NCBI GenBank assembly: GCA_964016885.1
Contig: OZ024752.1
Span: 3,410,001-3,474,000 of the forward strand
Reading direction: 5' to 3'
Origin: Eledone cirrhosa
Lineage: Eukaryota
DNA length: 64,000 bases
Numbering within the stretch: position 1 is the stretch's first letter; each line of letters opens with the position of its first letter. Both the position numbers and the translations under genes were made by a program. The notes under the pieces were generated by a model. That model made no database searches. It saw only the letters and a program-made list of their open reading frames with translations, and had not been told where the DNA came from. Below, piece after piece: positions 58,065 to 64,000 of this stretch.

Positions 58065-59013
58065 CACACTTTACTTAAAATTCTAAAAATGTGGAGATAT
58101 AGAATTGAGTCGCAGGCATATCGCAACAAATGTATTAATATACATAAAGGATGTATGGAAGAGGGTAAATATATAAGTAGTATCAATTACAATCACAAAA
58201 TAAAAACGATTTATTGAATGGTTTTGTATCATGGATGAGTGTGAGTTTACTCTTTTGTCAAACGAAGAGTAATTTTCTTTGCAATAGACCCTGTTTTTAC
58301 GTTTTGTAAGTGTGGGAGCCAGGTTTGAAAACGATTTGTAGGACGCTGGCCATCATATATGTTCTATATGTTGATATATGTTTCATTTGAGTCTTTCTGA
58401 GTTCAAAACGTGGTAAACCAGAGTAAGGGCTTCTAATCTAACTGATACACTGTGTGGATTTTTAAAGTATGAATTATGTACTATCTAATTGCTGAGAGAG
58501 ATAAATTAACGCAGCAAATCAAATCCATGCAGTAGATCTTTTTTTCTGACGGGGACTGTTATGTGGATTCATGTAAGAAGAATTATGTGTATCTGTGTTA
58601 GGACGGTAGGAAGGATTCTGGTCAAACGTGATTCATGTAGAATAGGGAAATTTGAACGAGTTAGTGTTTGAAGATAAAGGGATATTGATGTGAAGGTGGA
58701 AGGTATTTTCTGACTTCGTTAAGGAATTACTTGGAGGTTGAAGAGGGAAAAGGAAATGCAATGTTATTCCAAAAACTATATATAACATGCATGTTTGTAT
58801 TGAATACTTTATATCCAATAGCGCGTATCAAATGGAATTAAATTCAAAGCTTAACACCACAATACCAGATGCTGAATTTCCTCATCCTGACACATAAGAA
58901 TAATAGTTTCAAGTCTTAATGTCAAGTTCATCTATAACAAATACAGTATGAGATTAACGTTGATGTATGAGTATTAGATTAAGGATATAATGACAAGTTC
59001 AAATTTTCTCTCT

Positions 59014-59100
<87 letters not shown>

Positions 59101-59153
59101 AACACACATATATATATGTGTGTGTGTGTGTGTGTATGTGTGTATGTGTGTGT

Positions 59154-59185
<32 letters not shown>

Positions 59186-59592
59186 TGAGAGAGAGATAGA
59201 AAGAAAGACTGAAAAAGGGAGATGAAGGAACAGATGGGGTGCATTTGATAGTTTAATAAGTTTAGTCGTGCAAGTGTATATACGTGTACATAGGAATAAC
59301 TATATACTTACTCACACGTATACACTAACTAAACAAGAGACACCCAGGCTAGGTGATTGTGCTCGCATGTACGTGTGTGTGAACTATAGTTTACATAATA
59401 TATTGATACACTTATATATACATACTCCACACAACATAAATATATATGTAGATATGTGCGTACGTGTGCTTTTGTTGTTGTTTGCTGCAGAAGAAGTTTA
59501 TTATAATCATAGATAATGTTTTAATACTTACCAACGCTTATCGAAAAGACTTCGTTTGAAAATAATCACAATAAGCGGCTTCTATTACACAG

Positions 59593-59623
<31 letters not shown>

Positions 59624-59658
59624 AAGACATACACCCACACACATATATATATACAAAC

Positions 59659-59697
<39 letters not shown>

Positions 59698-59756
59698 CAT
59701 ACATATATAAATTTATATATATATATATGTATATATATACATATATATATATATAC

Positions 59757-59804
<48 letters not shown>

Positions 59805-59849
59805 CACACACACATATATATATATATATATACACACACATTTATATAT

Positions 59850-59923
<74 letters not shown>

Positions 59924-60567
59924 GTGTGTCTGTGTTGTGAGTTGGTCTTGTTAATCTAAAGTCTCAGAATTAATACTTCTCTTTGTTTTTGCTATGCATT
60001 CTATGTTTACTTGGTCTGATTTATTTTTCGTATATATTTTTGTTATATATGTTTTGTTTTGTTTTGTATTTTACTATTTCATTTTACGATTTATTTTCAT
60101 TTTTACTTAATTTTTCTTCTTTTAGGCAATTTGTTTCCTTTTTTTTTATCTCTTTCGGATACTCGAAGACTTTGCCAATAATTGATTCCCTCACTCTTCT
60201 CACCTTTGATCAATACCATATGCCTTGGGTGAGTTATTTACTGGTTTTTCGAAACACTTTTTTCTCCTGTCAGCCTATTGAAATCGATGTTTTACCAGCT
60301 GTCTTTCACCTTTATTTTTTTTACTCTTAATGGAAGTTTGGCCGATCTATTGAAATTTCTTTCCGTAACACTTAAAACTTAACAACTTATACATCGAGAA
60401 AAGAAGCAAAATAATTCTAGAGAAAAAATAACCTCGCGTCCAAGAAAATATAATTCACACGAAATAATGAAATTTTTGTGATTGATTTATTTGTTCCCCT
60501 TTTAATGATATTAACGAATAATTTTGTTGATATATGTGTGTTTTGGTGTATACACATATGTATGTGC

Positions 60568-60653
<86 letters not shown>

Positions 60654-61049
60654 TTATCCATGCATGTATGAACGGATGGATGTGCTAATGTGTGTATGTG
60701 TGTGAGTGAGCACATATATACAGGCGCAGAATTGGCAGAATTGTTAGAATGTTAGTTAGAATTATTTGCACTATTCATTATGTTTCTTTGTGTTGCGAAT
60801 TAAAGTCCCACTGAGGACGAATTTGGGTCGATTTTTACTTCAGATATATTTCTCACTTTCCCTCTCTATCTCTCTTTCTCACTTTCTCTTGTAAACTCTC
60901 TCCCTCTCTATTTCTCCCCTCCCCCTATCTCTCTCTCTCGTACGTTTGTTTCCTGACCGACTATAGAAGAATATCGTTTTGAAGTGACATCATTACCTAA
61001 TAGGCTTTTGCTCAATTGGAATACCTAATCCATGGTTCTAACATTTAAT

Positions 61050-61145
61050 ATAATTGTTTCTACTTTTGGCACAAGGCCAGCAATAACCCAGTGCATTACT
61101 GGTACTTTATTTTATCGACCCCGTAAGGATGAAAGGCAAAGTTAA
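61050..61145 (-). mobile_element. SINE 3' half (Nin/Deu-like)
   Basis: Near-identical to 26513-26605. Confidence 0.7.
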
Positions 61146-61909
61146 GCTGATCAAAATATCTCTAGTAAATGTTTTTTTCTGGATGCAGAACAATCTAGAT
61201 TGTATACGAGGCAAAATCTCCGTTTATTTCCAAAATGGATATTATCACATCTTCAGTTATATTTTATGAGCTCCGCTTCGTGTTTGAAAACGCTATTGGA
61301 CGGGCCCCATTTAAAATAATCCACAAATTACCATAGACTTATTAGTAACTATCTATTATTATTCATCTCAACTGATTTTGAGATTTAGCTATTCTTGTAA
61401 AGTGATTTGTTTATCTATGATGTTTTATTGTTCAGCAAAACAGTTACTTGCATAATTGTGCAAGCAATTTCATCACACTTTGACCTTATCAATGAAATTT
61501 CGTCTTCTGCGTCTCATAATTCTTTCGGATTTGTTTCTGTGTGAACGTACTACAATATAAGAAAGAGATAGGAAATGAAAGTGGGTTCAATGCTGAAATG
61601 TGATCCATATTGCAATTGAAAACATTAATTCGTAATCACGTAGAAAGTATGACTGAATAACTTTGACCCTTAGATAAATAGTCATTTGGCTGATTAACCA
61701 AACTCTGAAGGATTAGATACCTGATTATTTATGAAAGAATTGAAATGAGACTCAATATGTGTGCCGGTCTCTCTAGGTAACAGGGCCCTCTTCAAATATA
61801 ACAATACCTGTTTCATCAGACGATTTCAAATGAAGAAATGGGCAAAACAGAAATAAAACTTATATAATATGCGTGTGTTTATATATATATATATATATGG
61901 GGGGGGGGG

Positions 61910-62105
61910 GTATGATGATGTGTGACTCATGATAGCAACCTCGTCACTTCGTGGACTTGGCGATGTGGCCGTGTAGATACGCAAGTCGAAAGCGCTTGGC
62001 GCCTCGGTCAAGATTTTGCATATTTCTATCCCTACTCTGTATTTACCCAATAATTGAGTACTCATATCATTAGTGGTCTCCTCGTTCTCAACTCCACATT
62101 CTCCT
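61910..62105 (+). mobile_element. Diverged pLTR-like module related to family D
   Basis: gacttggcg…cgcaagtc GAAA gcgc TT (helix II plus palindromic helix III), and a tail with ctactct…attgagtact…tggtc…ccaca.ttc. Confidence 0.5.
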
Positions 62106-62964
62106 CTCTCCCTCTCTCTCTCTCTCTCTACTATATATGGGGAGAGGAAATATGTGATTGGCACATTTTGTTATCCATCCCACAGCATGAAATGCGATGT
62201 TTACCTAAGCAGGATTTGAATTCAGTACTATGCGAGTCGTAAATAAACATCACAATGAGTTGTGTCCGACTCTCTACCGAATCTGCCAATTCACTACCCT
62301 ACATGGTAGTGTAATTTACAGAAGGCCACATAACAATTGATTGGAGAAAAAAATGGAAGACATAAAGAAGGGCATAAATCTTTACAAATCTATGATCAAT
62401 ACTTGAAGAGAATATATTAGAAAACTGAGGAAGTAAAGTGTAAAAAAAGACCAAAATCCGTCATGACATGCATGGAGATGCAAAACAGAGAAAAGATTTG
62501 ATGTCTAGAATATGCAAATCATGCAATAAACTGTTGATATTTGAGAAGCTCATGGTAATGTTCAATCTGTGTTTGCAGACATCTAATAATTATTCCTTTC
62601 TTAATATGCATGTTGTAAAACTGTCATTAATTTATGTATTAAAGAAGAAATACATATTATGTGTTTGTTACCACATTATATCAGTTTTGTCTATGACCTT
62701 CTTGAATGTCAACCATTTATTACGTACTATTTGAATATAACTGCTTTCTCACATTCTACACCGTGTGTATGTCACTGCATTCTCCGACATTCTTAATGGT
62801 TTGGGTGTCATTTACAGTTTACTGCTATACTCAAAGTTTTTCAGTTCTATAAGTGGTTTTTATTGCAACTGTGTTCAGATACTGAATCGTCAATGTTCCA
62901 TACAACTTGCAATGCTGACGTAAACACATATTCACTTACTTATGCACAGATCGAAACACACGTA

Positions 62965-63031
<67 letters not shown>

Positions 63032-63690
63032 TTGTATGTATATCAGGGTTTCGATTAAGAAGGTGGAGTACGGGTGTAGCCGACTGTGAGATTTCTATAA
63101 AGGAAGATAGAGACATATGCATGAAATTGAGTAATTAATGTTCGATTTGGAGCTAAATATGGACTTCAAAAGAGAAGCACATTAACAGAGCGATGTGGAG
63201 CTGAGAGAGATGAATCAAACAAAGTGTATGATGTTTGATCTATGGTAAACAGCAGGTTGAGTAAGAGGAAAGGAAGTAAAGCTATTAAATATGAGGAAAC
63301 TGGTGATGGTTTCCTTCAACAATAAATCAGTTCAATAACCTCTAAAAATTGCAATACGTTAAGCAGAACTGTATTGTAGAAGCAACGCTGAATACTTCCT
63401 ATTTTCAGAAAATGAATGAGAATAAAACTGAGTGTCTGGATATATTTGTGAAGTTTACACCTATCCTTTACATCGTTCTTCATTTAAACTTCCATAATGT
63501 ATTCTGTCACCAAACATGAAACATATATTCTACTAAAACTAGGTTGTCAATACGTCTATGTGGTTATAGAGTTCAATTTACAAACTCCCCTTCCTGTGTT
63601 CGATTCTGCTACGCAGACAAAAGCTTGTGGATTAAATTTAGGAGGAGAATTTGCTTAAGCGCGTGCGTTCTCTCTCTCTCGCTCTCTCTT

Positions 63691-63739
<49 letters not shown>

Positions 63740-64000
63740 TTGTGTGTGTGTGTAAATTGATATTTATATGTAGCTATTATAGTTCCAGAGACGACAGGAA
63801 AACTATTATCTTTAGTCCGATCCGGCAGCTATATATATATACGACCCGTGATACGTTTGGTCACGTTCATTTCAAAATATTTTCAAAATATCTTTTAAAA
63901 ATCAATTAAAAGTATTTTTTGTTATTATTAGAATGTACTCAGACATGTATATAATGTGAAATGAAACTGGAAGGCCTATATATGTGTATGTATGTATATA

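Overview
This is AT-rich, microsatellite-saturated animal DNA, probably intronic or intergenic. The SINE set and the (TA)n/(CA)n load suggest an octopus or other coleoid, which is inference. I see no host exon, and most supplied ORFs are (TA)n/(TG)n artefacts. The dominant hidden structure is in bases 1 to ~41,400: the short 'islands' between (TA)n tracts are at least 10 families of Penelope-like element (PLE) pseudo-LTR modules. They are typically fold-backs with both 3' ends facing outward into (TA)n, one end carrying an extra tail and one end short. Many carry a minimal type-I hammerhead ribozyme (HHR) motif, CUGANGA...GAAA-palindrome-UH, with a family-specific palindromic helix III. Unrelated families share a GAGTRC motif about 45-60 nt before the long end. 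Three decayed GIY-YIG PLE ORFs (3390-4060, 27281-27960, 30060-30670) link these modules to their autonomous parents. Also present are a hAT-like transposase relic, Helitron-like elements, tRNA-derived SINEs, LINE relics (Vingi/Ingi-like, RTE-like, Jockey/I-like) and a ~1 kb palindrome built from interrupted (TA)n. All alignments and folds were done by eye, so boundaries are approximate.
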